Shown: positions 48,147 through 61,910, numbered from the whole stretch's first letter. The stretch is DNA of 63,382 nucleotides, filler included, from Basidiobolus ranarum (GCA_040143965.1; 33 parts of 33 records of this genome joined end to end with filler, not necessarily neighbours in it), one strand, 5' to 3'. The notes: generated by a model not told the origin, from the letters alone. Program-made: numbers and translations.

Positions 48147-49964
48147 TGTGTAGTAGCAGAGGCAGCCATATACTCTGCTTCTGTAGTGGAAAGTGCTATG
48201 GTTGGTTGCTTCTTACTATTCCAAGTTATGGCTCCATTACCATAGAGAAAAGTGTATTCAGTTGTTGATCGTCTATCATCAAGGTTTCTTCCCCAGTCTG
48301 CATCACTGTAGCCTTCAAATTTCATGCATCAGGAGTGGCAGAGTATTCCAGAACTAGATCTACACTCCCTCTCACATACCTAAATATTTCTTTTACTGCA
48401 GTTTTGTGCTCAGATTCTGGATTTTTGAAATAGTGGCTGACAGTTCCCACTGCTACAGCAATGTCTGGACGTGCTCCAACTATTGTATACATTAAACTAC
48501 CAACCATTGATTGATAAGGGAGCTCCTGGCTTTGTTTCGAGTCACTTTGGGCCAAATCAGTTTAATTCTAATTAATATCACATTGGGATCCTTTGGTGTT
48601 GATACAGGCTTGCTATTCTCCCTGTTGAAGCATTTTAGGATGTCTAGGATGTATCTAGACTGGCTCAGCATGATCTTCTGATTGGGTTTATCTCTCTTGA
48701 TTTGGATTCCAACAATGTAACTTAATATATCCATAGCAGTCATCTGAAATTGGTTTGATAAGCTACTTTTTGACTGATTAAGTGCTTTTAGATCATCTGT
48801 GGCTATGATTGAGTCATCCACATATAGTGCCAAGATAAGGATCCTATTTCTGGTTGTTTTGATGTACATACTGTGATCTGCTGTGCATTTTTGGAATTCC
48901 AGAGATTTCAAATGGGCATCTATCTTGTTGTACCATGCCCTGGGTCTTGCTTGACTCTATATAGCAATTTTTGCAGTTTACAGACCTTATCAGGATGTTT
49001 TGAGTCAACAAATCCATCTGTTTGCTACGTAGAGATCTCTTCTTCTAGATTTCTATTCAGAAAGGCTGTTTTTACATCCTTTGGATGTAGATCAAGGTTA
49101 TGAACGGCTGTGAGTGCCAGGATTGAACTAATGGCACTAAACATAGCTACTGGAGCAAAGGGTTCATTAAAATCAACTCCTGGAGTCTGGGAATAGCCTT
49201 TTGCAATTAATCTTGCTTTGTAGCTTTTTATGGTTCCATCAGCTTGTTTTTGACTTTGTAGACCCATTTGCACCCTATTGGCTTTCTCCCCAATGGAAGA
49301 GGACTTAAAACCCACATGTTATTGTCCTGAAGTGTAGAAAACTGATCTGACATTGCTTTTTCCCATAATTTTGATTATGGACACTCCAAAGCTTGATCTA
49401 AAGTCTGAGGCTTGTCACAGAATGCTGCATAAAAATATACATCATCATTGGCAGTGTTTCACCAGTTTCCTGGCTTATTTCTCCTTCTGGATGATCTTCT
49501 GGGTCCTGTATCATCCTTCTATGTAATTGGGACTGAAATTTTGGTTGAATAGAGCTCAGATACAGCTGGAATCTTGTCAGACACTTCCTGAATAGTGCTA
49601 ATTGTTTTCTGGATCAACAACTGTGATTTGAGGTGAAAAAATTGCTTTTTCATCAAAAATCACATCTCTGCACTTCATTAACTTCTGATTTTTTGTATCA
49701 AACAATTTGTAGGCTTTGGATCCATCACAGTAACCACAAAATATGCATTATCTGATTTTGGGTTTCAATTTTGAGCCTTTTTGAGCTGGAATTAGGCAAT
49801 ATGCTGCGCCACCAAAGATCCTGAGAGGATCCACACTGGGTTTTGATCCATATAGAGCTTCAAATGGAATAGAATTTTGTAGCAATCTTGTTGGGCATCT
49901 TTTTTAGATACAGAATGCAGTGTAGACAGCTTCCGCCCAATATTGGTAATCTAACTTTTGATCT
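48147..49964 (-). mobile_element. Ty1/Copia family A integrase end-RT-RNase H remnant
   Basis: YKARLIAKGYSQ, LYVDDS, YQSMVGSLMY, GYSDADW, WNSKKQPTIALSTTEAEY. Confidence 0.94.
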
Positions 49965-50064
49965 NNNNNNNNNNNNNNNNNNNNNNNNNNNNNNNNNNNN
50001 NNNNNNNNTTAATTAATTAANNNNNNNNNNNNNNNNNNNNNNNNNNNNNNNNNNNNNNNNNNNN

Positions 50065-51882
50065 CTCTTGGATTTTGGCAAATTTACATAAAGAATTCAG
50101 CTAAAACATCGCCAACTTGCAGTCAACAAATGTCCTGCCACCAGTAGATTTATCATTGCTGGAATAGATTACCTCATGGCTAAAACGATAATACTGCATA
50201 TCTCCATCTATCTCACCAATAAGTCTGTCTTGCAGCTTTCCTAAAAATACCATCAGATGATCACACAAGCAAATTAGTCCAAATTATAGAGGTACTTACT
50301 TTGTGTCCATGGATTGGGCTTTGTTGCTTTTATTATGCTCAAACAATGCAAAAACCCATGAGTACATTGAAAAGAGCCCTTTGTTGGTAGGTTAGTATAC
50401 TTCAGAGTCTCCGTCACCCACCACGCTACATTCATCACTGATTTTCCTGTTACATTGTTAATCAGATTAGCATTTGGTAATACTAACAATTTCACAAAGA
50501 GCATCATTTCACCACAGCTGCACCCCATTGGGAACTACTAGAAGGTATAGCAAGGTCCTATAATCTCCAAGCATTATGAAAGATGCAGCAGGGAATGTAT
50601 TGAAAACTGGCATAGATTCAATCTATCTTCTTTAAGCCTGCAATATAGTTTTCCATATCCTATTACAAAATCTTAGCATAGTTGCTGTATCTGCTTCATA
50701 TCTGCCAATGTGAGTTGATGCTATAAGAACATATTAACAGTATTGACAAACAACTCCCAATGTTGCCAATACTTATAAGGTGGAAATCTTGTCAAAATTC
50801 CACTTGAATATATACAATTCCAATATTTCCAGTCTTTGCACTTGAATAAACACCTAGATGAGTGGATATTGATGGGAGTGCTGGTAAACTATGATGGTAT
50901 CTTGATGTTTCAAGTATTTTCCCAAACAATTCAAACTTGTTGCCAGCCAGTCCCATTTATCAATATAATCTCAGGCTTACTGCTAACACCAAGTTTTATG
51001 TTAGACTGACTACTTGGTAAATTGATATCAGTGATCATGTTGAAATCTGACCAGGCTCTTGACAGTAAAATCATGAAGTTTAGTATTGTATTTGGATACC
51101 AGTAATGTGTATGTCTGTTAGAATAAGCTCCATTGATTTGACAAAGTCTACAGCAAGATAGTTCATTATGCCCATAAAAACTTCAAAGGTTACTGAAGGC
51201 AGGAGTGCCACCAATACATACAAAGATATTAGCTTTAATAAAATATTCACCTATCTGAACCCCATTAGGTAACCATTCAAATTTTGCAATCTAAGGTTCC
51301 AAGAGGCTATCTAAAAGCACTGGTGATTTAGGCCCAGATATGATTGATGGAATCAAAATATTGTGACTCTTATACCATTCAGAAGGAGGAAGATTAAAGT
51401 TAATTAAAATTATTGGCCAGCAAGCTTTTCCAATGGGATATTCATTTAGTGAGAAACCATCCAGAGCCAATGCAAATGCATGATCATATATTTTCTTAAA
51501 GAAACCTTGACTTTTCAGATTGTTGTAGTGATATCCATCAAGTAACATGGTAAAACCATCAACTTTACAGTGGATACCTTGGTATTGCATTGCTGATCTA
51601 TATTTGCATGATTTCATCAAAAAAATATGAATAATATTTACCTGATTCAGTGATTGCCATTCGTGTTCAAACAGTACATGACTTCAAGTTTTTCAGATCA
51701 CCAGTGAAAGCCAAACAACAATTTAAACATGAAGGTAGTTTAATTACTGAAGAATAATAAGTCAAACAATGGACAAGTGTTTTCCACTTGTACCAGGTCT
51801 GTGGCAAGCAACAGTTGCCAATCAACTGTGGTAAAAGTGTAAGAAGACCAATAAACACCTGGTTGCTAAGATTGGATTGAAC
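50065..51882 (-). mobile_element. CACTA transposase pseudogene
   Basis: ALALDGF..ACWPIILINFNLPPSEWYK..SIISGPKSP motifs; internal deletion near 50940. Confidence 0.9.
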
Positions 51883-51982
51883 NNNNNNNNNNNNNNNNNN
51901 NNNNNNNNNNNNNNNNNNNNNNNNNNTTAATTAATTAANNNNNNNNNNNNNNNNNNNNNNNNNNNNNNNNNNNNNNNNNNNN

Positions 51983-53800
51983 AAGAATCTTGTTGTGTTT
52001 AGTCTCTACATATGCACATACTTGACTGATTAGACATAACTCAACAACATCAATATGTTTTACCAGCAAACTAATGGTGGAAAAATTGCTAAATATCTGA
52101 AATTTTGAATAGCGCTGACACTTGGCAAAGAGCTGACTCTTGTTACCATTCCCAATGAGAATAAGCTCTTGGATTTTGGCAAGTTTCCATAAAGAATTCA
52201 GTCAATTTATCCCCAACTTGCAGTCAACAAATGTCCTGCCACAAGTAGATGTGTCATTGCAGGAATAGATTATCCCATGGCTAAAACAATAATATTGCAT
52301 ATCTTGATCTATCTCACCAAGAAGTCTGTCTTGCAGCTTTCCTAAAAATACCATCAGATTATCAAACAAGCAAATTAGTCCAATTATAGAAGTACTTACT
52401 CTGTGTCCATGGTTGGGCTTTCTTGCTGTTATTGTGCTCAAACAATGCAAAAACCCATGAGCACATTGAAAAGAGCCCTTTGTGGCAGGTTAATATACTC
52501 TGGAGTCTCCTTAACCCATTACATTACATCCATCACCGATTTTGCTGATACATTATTAATCAGATTAGCATATGGTACTACTGACAATTTCACACAGAGC
52601 ATCATTTCACCACAGGTGTGCTCCATTGGGAACTCCCAGAATGTATAGCATGGGCCTATAATCCCTAAGCATTGTGAAAGATGTAGCAAGGAATGTATGG
52701 AGTACCGGCATAGATTTGGTCTATCTTCTTTAAACCTGTAATAAAGTTTTTCATATCCAAGTACAAAATCTTCACAAAGTTGCTGTATCTGCCTGAGGTC
52801 TGCCAATTTGAGTTGATGCTGTACGAATATATTTACAATATTGACAAACAACTCCAAATGCTGCCAATACTTATCAGGCAGAAATCTTTTCCAAATTCCA
52901 CTTGAATATATACAAATCCAATACTTCCAGTCTTTGCATTTGAATAAATGCCTAGATGAATGGACATTGATGGGAGTCCTGGTAAAATATGATGGTATCT
53001 TGATGTTTTCAAGCAGTTTCCCAATCAATTCAAACTTTGATCCTACCTTGAATGGCTCATTGATATTAAATTTTCCACTATATAGATGAGTAAGTAGTAT
53101 TGGAATGTTGTTGAATAGTAAGTGCATAGTGCCTAAAGGGAAGCTCTGGCTCCAGCTGATCCCCTTTAGCAATATAATCTTAGGCTTATGGCTAATACCA
53201 AGTTTGATGTTAGACTGACTATTTGGTGAATTGATATCAGTGATCATGTTGAAATCTGTCTGGGCTCTTGATGGTGAAATCATGGAGTATAGTGTTGTAT
53301 TTGGATAGTAGTAATGTGTATGCCTGATAGATTAAACTCCATTAATTTGACAAAATCTACAGCAAGATAGTGCATTGTGCCCACAAAAACCTCCAAGTTT
53401 GCTGATGGCAGGAGTGTCATCAATACATACAATGATATAAGTTTTAATAAAATATTCACCCATCTGAACCCCATTAGATAACTGTTCAAGTTCCACAATC
53501 AAAGGCTCCAAGAAGCTATCTATAAGCACTTGTGCTTTAGGTCCAGATATGATGGACAGTATCAAAATATTATGACTCTTATACCATTCAGAAGGAGGAA
53601 GATTGAAGTTGATTAAAATTATTGGCCAGCAAGCCTTTCCAATGGTATATTTGTTTAGTGAGAAACCATCCAGAGCCATTGCAAATGCATGATCATTCAT
53701 GTTCTCAAAGAAACCTTGACTTTTCAGATTTTGGTAGTGATATCCATGAAGTATATTGGCAATACCTTCAGCTTTATGGTGAGTACTTTGGTATTGGATC
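51983..53800 (-). mobile_element. CACTA transposase pseudogene, least decayed catalytic region in the window
   Basis: ORFs 53332-53700 and 52519-53283 carry LDG, DTPA, CCRFC, GTMH, HSLLHL, GPCYTFWEFPME. Confidence 0.92.
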
Positions 53801-53905
53801 NNNNNNNNNNNNNNNNNNNNNNNNNNNNNNNNNNNNNNNNNNNNTTAATTAATTAANNNNNNNNNNNNNNNNNNNNNNNNNNNNNNNNNNNNNNNNNNNN
53901 GAGAG

Positions 53906-54253
53906 TGTTGAAATTAGCATTGCCTAAACACCTATATAGTCATATATAGCTTAGTACTTAGTTATCTTATATTTCACCAAGATATTATCAATTATTCTCA
54001 TAAGGAATTTGCTTAGAATGTGTCTACCAACTCAGAAGTTCTCAGATATACCGATTTTTCAAACTTGTGCTAGAAGCCCCAAACTTTGCATACATGTTCC
54101 TGGGCCCTTCCTTCACATATTCTACATGTTAGTATGTTCACATCTTGACAAAACTATAAATGTCAACTTTCTATTCAATAAATCAATAAGGGAAAACCAC
54201 TAATTCCTCTAATTCTCCAAACCACTTCCAATAGGATCCCAAATAATTTAACA
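53906..54253 (+). repeat. Copia family B 3' LTR, complete (348 bp), after PPT remnant GAGAG
   Basis: TGTTGAAA...TTTAACA ends; TATAAA and AATAAA signals. Confidence 0.88.
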
Positions 54254-55718
54254 GATACTGGATTACATTCTTCCATTTTGAACTTCTTTAGTATATCTAG
54301 GATATACTTAGACCGGTTTAAAGTTATTGTTTTTGTAGTTCCATCTTTCTTGATGTGGATTCCAAAGATAATGTGTCAGTTCACCAAGATCAATCATATT
54401 GGATTTGGCAGATAAACTAGGTTTGGTTTTCTCCAAAGTCTTCAAGTCATTGATTGCTATAATATGGTCACCTACATATAAGGCTAATAAAACTGGGTTT
54501 GTCTTATCTGGCCTGAAGTAGATACTATAGTCAGCATTACCCTTTTGAATTTGACTGTTTCTAAAAAAGCATCTATCTTGCTATTGCAAGCTCTTGGAGA
54601 TTGTTTTAAGGCATCAAGTGTTTTTCAGAGTCTGCAAACTTTTTTAGGGTTTTTTAGGTCTGCAAACCTATCTGGCCAGTCCATATAGATCTCCTCAGCA
54701 AGCTTGCCATTTAAAAAAGCAGCTTTAACATCCATTTCTTATAAAATAAACTGATATTTAGCTGAAGTTGCTAAAATCAATCTAATTAAGTTAAACATGG
54801 GTGCAGGAGCAAAAGTTTCTGTATAATCTATTATTGGGGTTTGGGAATAGGCTTTGGCTACTAGTCTAGCCTTGTACCTTTCTATATTTCCATTGGAGTT
54901 GTATTTTACTTTAAACACCCATTGGCAGCCAATGGAGTTTCTATCATCAGTTAAGTCAGTTAAAATCCAAGTTTGTTTATCAATCAAAGCCTGGTACTCA
55001 TCAGCCATTTAGATCTCCAAAATTTCATATGAGGGCCATTCAGGGCCTCTTTTACAGTCTGGGGCTCATGTATTTGAGCTGTGCAGGCATAGGCCCAATT
55101 GTGGGACTCATTGATATAGGAATCAGGGCTATTTCTGATATAATTTGATCTCCTAGTTTGGAATAAAGGTACTACAACTTCTGGCATTGTATTGGGCACT
55201 GCAGTAGGCAAGAATTTGGTTGAAGGGCTCACAGGAAATCTATTTTCTTCATTGCTTTGGTTTGATTCAATTTGAACAATTGGATCAGAAGATAACAGAT
55301 TTTTGTCATCACCTGTGATCATTTTGTGTCCACACTTTTCATTTTCATTAAACAAAACATCCCTGGACTTGATTAACTTGAAATATTTGTATCATAGAGT
55401 TTATAGGCCTTAATTTGAGTACAATAATGCAGAACTGTATATTTTTTACTTTTTGGATCAAATTTAGATTGATTTTTGGTCATAATACTGACATAAGCAA
55501 CACATCTAAAGATCCTCAAATGTTTTACATCAGGTTTAACTCCAAACCAAGCTTGATATGGTGTAGAGTTAGACAAACTTCTAGTAAAACTCCTATTCTT
55601 CAGATATACAGCTATAGCAACAGAGTTTGCTCAAAAGTTATGAGATAAATTTTGTGTATTTATCATAGATCTCATCATTTCCATTATTGTCCTGATAGCT
55701 CTGTCAGAAACTAGATTT
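54254..55718 (-). mobile_element. Ty1/Copia integrase-RT remnant
   Basis: [35 protein letters not shown] motifs. Confidence 0.92.
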
Positions 55719-55818
55719 NNNNNNNNNNNNNNNNNNNNNNNNNNNNNNNNNNNNNNNNNNNNTTAATTAATTAANNNNNNNNNNNNNNNNNNNNNNNNNN
55801 NNNNNNNNNNNNNNNNNN

Positions 55819-56539
55819 TGGCACAATATTGCAAGCTATCCACCAGATAGCTGGAAGAATGATGATTCAGCATTGTTAATACAATGGTGGGCTTTGATGA
55901 AGATAATTATGAAACTCATATTGGATATGAGCTAAACCTTGGGTATGCAGAACTCTATAAAAATATTCAGGAGAATTCATGCAAGAAACTAGAAATTGCA
56001 AAGGTGACAAATTAGCATTTAAGTGGTAAAAAAAAATCTTTAAATTTCACTCCTGAAACTGAAAACATTGATTGAATTCAAATCTTGTTCAAAATAGGTA
56101 AATAGCAACTCATTATTTAGTAATTAGTTTATTCATATTCTGATTATTTAGTACTCAATTCTGTCATTCAAAAACCTGTGTTTATTGCTCTAATTGATAG
56201 AAATATCAATTAGATCACTTATACCAATTTTCACTATTTTCTCAAAACTTCTCCATGTCATCTCCAATTTTCACCCATGCTTGACAGGCATGTTTTTATG
56301 ATCTAAGCACGTCCAATAGTCCTAATTCATAGTAGACTATAAATAGGACATATTCAATTCAATAGAACGTAAGTGTCCAATTCACAAATCCAAATCTTGT
56401 CCAAAACACTTCCAAATCCCCTAAACACTTTTATCAAGCCTAACTTGATAATTTAATGATTGTAAAAAAATGGTCAATCTCAAATGGATTAAAATTGTGA
56501 TGTTTTCCTATGATAACAATCCTCAAATTTCTGTTAGGG
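55819..56539 (-). mobile_element. CACTA left end (terminus 56539) split by a solo Copia-A LTR (56086-56436)
   Basis: Flanks rejoin to match 39518-39965; LTR TGTTCAAAA...TATCA with degenerate 5-bp TSD AATCT/AGCCT. Confidence 0.82.
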
Positions 56540-57634
56540 TAGATTGTCAGACTGCTCATCAATTAAGGCCTCTGTTCTTGCTGCTTTTTTTCCTTTTGTG
56601 CCAGCCAGCCTTTGCTTGGAAGCCAATTATGACCTAGATTTTGAATGCTTTTTGAACAGTATTGAAATATTCAGCAGAGACACTTGGTGTAATGAAATTG
56701 CTAAGAAACAACTTACAATATACCAAAAATGCCATCCATCACCAAAAATATCTTGTATATCCCCTGATGACTCATCTGTGATACTGTCTCAGAATCAGCT
56801 AATGATATTGATGGGATGTATTTAAAATACCACACCTTTTTATGAGGTGTTGTTTTTTTGATAATATCCTTCCTGTGCCATAACACAAACATTCAAAGAA
56901 TCCCTACTATTATTGTCACAAATTCATGTACTACAAAAGCTGGAGTGCTTGTAGAAAAAATAATCACAAGCATGGTCATTATACACAGCCACCAGCTGCA
57001 TAAAGCCTCATGAGTATCAATAGTAATAAGTGCACAAAATCCACGTTAGTTTTGCTCACTGAGTCCACTGATTGTGGCTTATCTGAAAGTTTTGGTAGCA
57101 CTATTGAAAGTCAACATACCATGGAGTTACCACAGTCATATTACCAGCATGATGAAGGTGGAAATGCCACTTTGTTCAAACAAGTAAGTCCAGACAATTT
57201 TGAGCACATGCTACTAGATGTTGACCATTGTAGTTCTAGTACTAATGGTAGTATATCTGAAGATGAAGAAGACAATGGTATTGTGATGATTCTGATCATG
57301 GCATACTGATCCACTGCAAATAGAACTCTTCTATTAATAGATTATGACATCATTTCTGCGGTGCCATCCCTTCTTGGCAATCATGTGTTAGTTCATCCAG
57401 AATACCTTATATGGAAGTCATGTTCTTTGAAACATTCCATGAAACCTAACCAATCATGACATCCCACACATAGTGTATTTCCACCAAGACCTTCCATGGA
57501 AGGTCACCTGATCATCCTTACATCATCCCTCTTTGTATTGGTCCTTGTAGTCCCCAACACCCCTACTCTTGAACTTGCCACAGTATATTCCCTATTCAGT
57601 ATATTATGTTTCACCTTGCAATATCTATATAAGC
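56540..57634. mobile_element. CACTA head region (56540-57281) interrupted by LTR family D (57282-57634)
   Basis: Homology to 10280-11000; LTR-D starts TGTGATGATTCTGATC. Confidence 0.8.
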
Positions 57635-57734
57635 NNNNNNNNNNNNNNNNNNNNNNNNNNNNNNNNNNNNNNNNNNNNTTAATTAATTAANNNNNNNNNN
57701 NNNNNNNNNNNNNNNNNNNNNNNNNNNNNNNNNN

Positions 57735-58235
57735 GAATATTTTTACCTACTTAGAGTTCTCAGATATATAGATTTTTCAAACTTGTGCTAAAAGCCCCAA
57801 ACTTTGCACACATGTTCCTGGGACCTTCCTTAACACATTCTACATATTTGTTTGACTACATCTTGACAAAACTATAAATATTAACTGAATACTCAATAAA
57901 TCAATAAGTGAAAACCACCAATTCCACTAATTCTCTAAACCACTTCCAACAGGCTCCCATATACTTTAACAATTTAATCACTTTTGCAAAGTTCATGGAA
58001 TTAAGCAAGAAACCACTGCCCCCTATTCACCTCAACAAAATGGTGTTGCTGAAAGAGCTAACAGGAATATAATAGAGATGGCAAGATCTATGATAAATGC
58101 ACAAAATTTATTTCATAATTTTGGGTTGAATCTGTTGCTACAGCTGTATATCTGAAGAATAGGAGTTTTACCCAAGTCTGTTTAACTCTATACCATATCA
58201 AGCTTAGTTTGGAGTTAAACTTGATGTAAAATGTT
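57735..58235 (+). mobile_element. Family B LTR 3' part (to 57971) abutting a Copia integrase fragment
   Basis: LTR homology; PYSPQQNGVAERANR motif. Confidence 0.85.
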
Positions 58236-59650
58236 AATGAATAGGTCTAAAGTCCACCTGAATAGCAAGTTGAATATCATCACTGATAGCTTGATAAATT
58301 GAGTGGAATCACAAAGTTGGGAGATCCCAGGTTCTCCCCAGGTATGGCCCTGTGAACCATATAGTATGACTCCACCTGGCTTTAAACTGAAAAGGAAATG
58401 TTTCTAATGGATCTGTCAGTGCACACTAGATGAGTTTTTACTAATGGAACATCCATAATCAGATCCACTCTTCTTTACTTTGCAGAAGCTGTGTTGGAAA
58501 GCAACTTACTGTACAACCAAAGTTGAATATATGGTTTTTGATTAATCAACAAAGAATAAATGTGCTACATAAACATTGCTAAATCTGAGAATTCAGCCAC
58601 TATCATTCCAAATGCTATTTAATTAGTCAAGATCCGGTCTATCATGTTAGCAATAAGCAAATTGCAGAAACTTACTCGATATCCGCACACTACATGTTAT
58701 ATTCTTATAGTCTTGCATTACTAACTACATCAATTCAACAGTATTGTAAGTGTATCTGGTAAAAAGTAGCATACAAATGGACAGCATTGTATTATTAGAA
58801 AAACAGTTAAGAATAACCACGTCTAGTAGGAGTATTTTCCCGCCAATGTCATGACTACAAACACTGTGACGAAGTAATTAATAGTTTCACAATAATTTGA
58901 GATTGACTAGTGGGGGATACTTTGTCAGAGCGTTCAATTACTATTCAAAATCATTTAATATTATACGATTTTCCACTTGTTCGACTTCCGGTCAATAGTG
59001 TAAGAAATATATCGCACTTAGCCTTGAAAGATTCCTAATACTGTTACAGTGCGTGCACTCTCAAGGCAATAGTAACTATTTCCCATTCAGAACTAAGAAC
59101 CTATAAGAACCAGGTAGGATGAGACTCCCAAGTGTTGACTATGGCCCTAGGGAATACCTACATCAAACCCCACGAGCATGGCCCAGGCTCAGTAACGCAG
59201 ACCAAATTTGCAGAATTCGTCACCTGATAGGCAATACTAAAACCATCGTTGCTAGGGTATCAAAGGATCGGAGTTATCTTCAAAGTAAAAGATTTGGTAG
59301 TATTAAAACAATGTTGGTCCTAAAGGTTTCAGTTTGAGTCCATAAGGCTTCAATAGTCCGCTGGTGATAGGTGTTCTCCTTGCATAGAGCATCAGAAGAA
59401 ATACCTTAACATGGTCGATAATCACCATGGCAGTAAAATTATTGAATATGGCTTAGTAGTGGAGCAATGACTCCAAACATCCTTCTTAGATTTTCGCTTT
59501 ATACTGAGTGCCACTATTCTCAAGGTTCAAAAGAGACAATGTATTCTTGGNNNNNNNNNNNNNNNNNNNNNNNNNNNNNNNNNNNNNNNNNNNNTTAATT
59601 AATTAANNNNNNNNNNNNNNNNNNNNNNNNNNNNNNNNNNNNNNNNNNNN

Positions 59651-61145
59651 GCTAAGTGATATTTAACTAAATAATGTTGACTAACTAATATGTGATATAT
59701 GAAATAGTTAGGTGTATAAAGATAGGGATAACATATATGATAAAGACAATAAACTTCAACAAATAGGCTTTTTCTTCATAGTCTCTAATGAAACTATGTC
59801 CAATATCTTTATGTTTGTTTTTATTATTTAAGTGTGGGAGTTTTAGCTAATTTGATACAACTTTGATTAACTTGAAGTATTGTGGTTAGCAAATTTTGAG
59901 AACAAGCTAAATATGTTAAGAGTTTTCTTAACCATATTGCTTCTTTTGTTGCTTTACAGGCAGCCATGTAATCAGCTTCTGTTTTTGAAAGTGCTACAGT
60001 TTGTTGTCACTTTGAATTCCAAAATATAGCTTCATTGCAGCAAAGAAATAAGGATTCTGCTATAGATCTCATGTCTTCAATATGTCTACCCCAATTTGTA
60101 TCCATATATCTCATCAGATCATAGCTTGATCTGGCATATGTATATTTTGCTCAAAGATCTAAATTATCTTGCAAATATCTGAAAATCCACTTAACTGCTA
60201 TGATTTGATCAAATTCATAAATTTGAAGTTATTGCTACACAGCTCCCACAGATCATGCAACATCATGGGTATGTTACAATTTATTGTACATAAACTACTA
60301 ACATTAGATTAAGGAGGTAATTTCTAGCTTTCTTTGAAATTCAAGAACATTGGATTTGAGTCATTTCTAGTAAGGTTTGTCTCCATTGGGGTAGATGTTA
60401 CATTAAATTTTTCCATTCTAAACTTCATTGATATATCTAGATTATACTTAGACTGGCCTAAAGGTATTGTTTTGGCAGTTTCAGCAGCCTCAATTTAGAA
60501 TCCCAGAAAGTATGTCACTGCTCCAAGATTTGTTGTTTTGAATTTCTAAGATAAGCAGGAATTGTTTTCTTCAAAGTCTTCAAGTCATTGATTGCTATAA
60601 TAAGATTATCAACATAGTGGTTAATTAAACTGGGATTCTCATATCTGGCCTGAAGTAGATACTATTGTCAGCATTACTCTTTTGGAATATGAGTGTTTCT
60701 AAAAAAGCATCTATCTTGCTGTTCCAAGCTCTTGGAGATTGTTTCAAGCCATAGGGTGTTTTCCAGAGTCTGCAAACTTTTTTAGGGTTTTCTAGGTCCA
60801 CAAAACCATCTGGCTGGCCATATATATCTCCTCAGCAAGCTGACCATTCAAAAAAGCTGTTTTAACATCCAATTGATGTATAATAAACTGATATTCAGCT
60901 GAAATTGCTAAAATCAATTTAATTGAATTAAACTTAGCTACAGGAGCAAAAGTTTCTGTGTAATTTATTCCTGGTGTTTGGGAATAGCCTTTGGCTACTA
61001 GTCTAGCCTTGTACCTTTCTATATTGCCATCAGAGTTGTATTTAAGTTTAAACACCCATTAGCAGCCAATTGATTTTCTATCATCTGGTAAGTTGGTTAA
61101 AATCCAAGTTTGATTATCAATCAAAGCCTGGCACTCATCATTCAT
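59651..61145 (-). mobile_element. LTR-E end (59651-59761) and Copia RT-RNase H remnant
   Basis: [24 protein letters not shown] motifs. Confidence 0.9.
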
Positions 61146-61149
61146 TGCA

Positions 61150-61466
61150 GATCTTGTTACTGTTGTTATAAACCAGGCTTTGTGCAGCTGGTGGCTTTGT
61201 ATAGTGACTGGGCTTGTGATTATTTTTCTATGAAGCCTCCAGCTTTCATAGCACAAGAATTTGCAACAATAATAGCAGGGCTTCTTTAAACATTTGTGTT
61301 GTGGCATAGGAAGGATATTGTAAAAACAAGAACACCTCCCACATAAGGGTGGTATTTTAGGTATAGCCCATAAATATCATCAGCTGATTCTGAGACGCTG
61401 TCACAAATGAGTCATCAGGGGATTTACAATATAGTTCTGGTAATGGAGGGCGTGTTTGGTTTTTTA
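61150..61466 (-). mobile_element. CACTA head region (transposase N-terminus, ATG at 61307)
   Basis: MPQHKCLKKPCYYCCKFLCYESWRLH; matches 1-260. Confidence 0.82.
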
Positions 61467-61775
61467 NNNNNNNNNNNNNNNNNNNNNNNNNNNNNNNNNN
61501 NNNNNNNNNNTTAATTAATTAANNNNNNNNNNNNNNNNNNNNNNNNNNNNNNNNNNNNNNNNNNNNCAATATGCTCCAATGTGTTCTGCCATGCAACAGA
61601 GGTCATGGCAGCCAGTCAAAAGAGATGAAGCTTCTATCATGGTTGAAGAGGCAAGAACTGGCAAATGCAAACCTCAAGGTATATGACTTGCTCCAACACG
61701 TACTGGAATGCAACCATGACAATGGCCAGTTGAAGGAGATGAAGCTGCCACTGTGGTTGAAGAAGCAATAACCAC

Positions 61776-61910
61776 TGTTGTTGTTTTAGGATGTAAGCAT
61801 CAACTATAACTGCAATATCCTAAGGGTTTTGTGAGGTGTTCAAAGGGTGCAATAACCATGGTTGAATAACTCTGGGATGTACTGTAATATGGGTCGGTCT
61901 CTTGCCTCTT
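61776..61910 (-). repeat. Gypsy LTR 3'-end fragment (same family as 38116-38250)
   Basis: Collinear TGT..TTGTTTTAGG.TGTAAGCA.CAACTATAACTG...CTCTTGCCTCTT. Confidence 0.8.

Larger units (their letters stand above)
1834..61566. other. 32 artificial contig spacers (N44-TTAATTAATTAA-N44, 100 nt each; first 1834-1933, last 61467-61566) joining 33 independent contigs
   Basis: Identical spacer roughly every 1.92 kb; TTAATTAATTAA gives stops in all six frames; contig lengths never increase along the window (1833, 1832, 1832 ... 1816). Confidence 0.99.

Noticed and set aside
58275-58352. Second tRNA/SINE head (GATCCCAGGTTC...)
   Set aside because: Only a partial B-box resemblance; no A box or cloverleaf.
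58236-59550. Host gene in the CpG-containing stretch (ORF 59119-59337)
   Set aside because: No recognisable motif or consistent exon structure on either strand.
61059-61307. ORF as a natural zinc-finger/RT fusion
   Set aside because: Chance in-frame junction between a CACTA N-terminus and a decayed Copia RT.
1834-61566. Regularly spaced TTAATTAATTAA palindrome as a CRISPR-like or biological array
   Set aside because: Always centred in exactly 44+44 Ns; a standard six-frame-stop linker.
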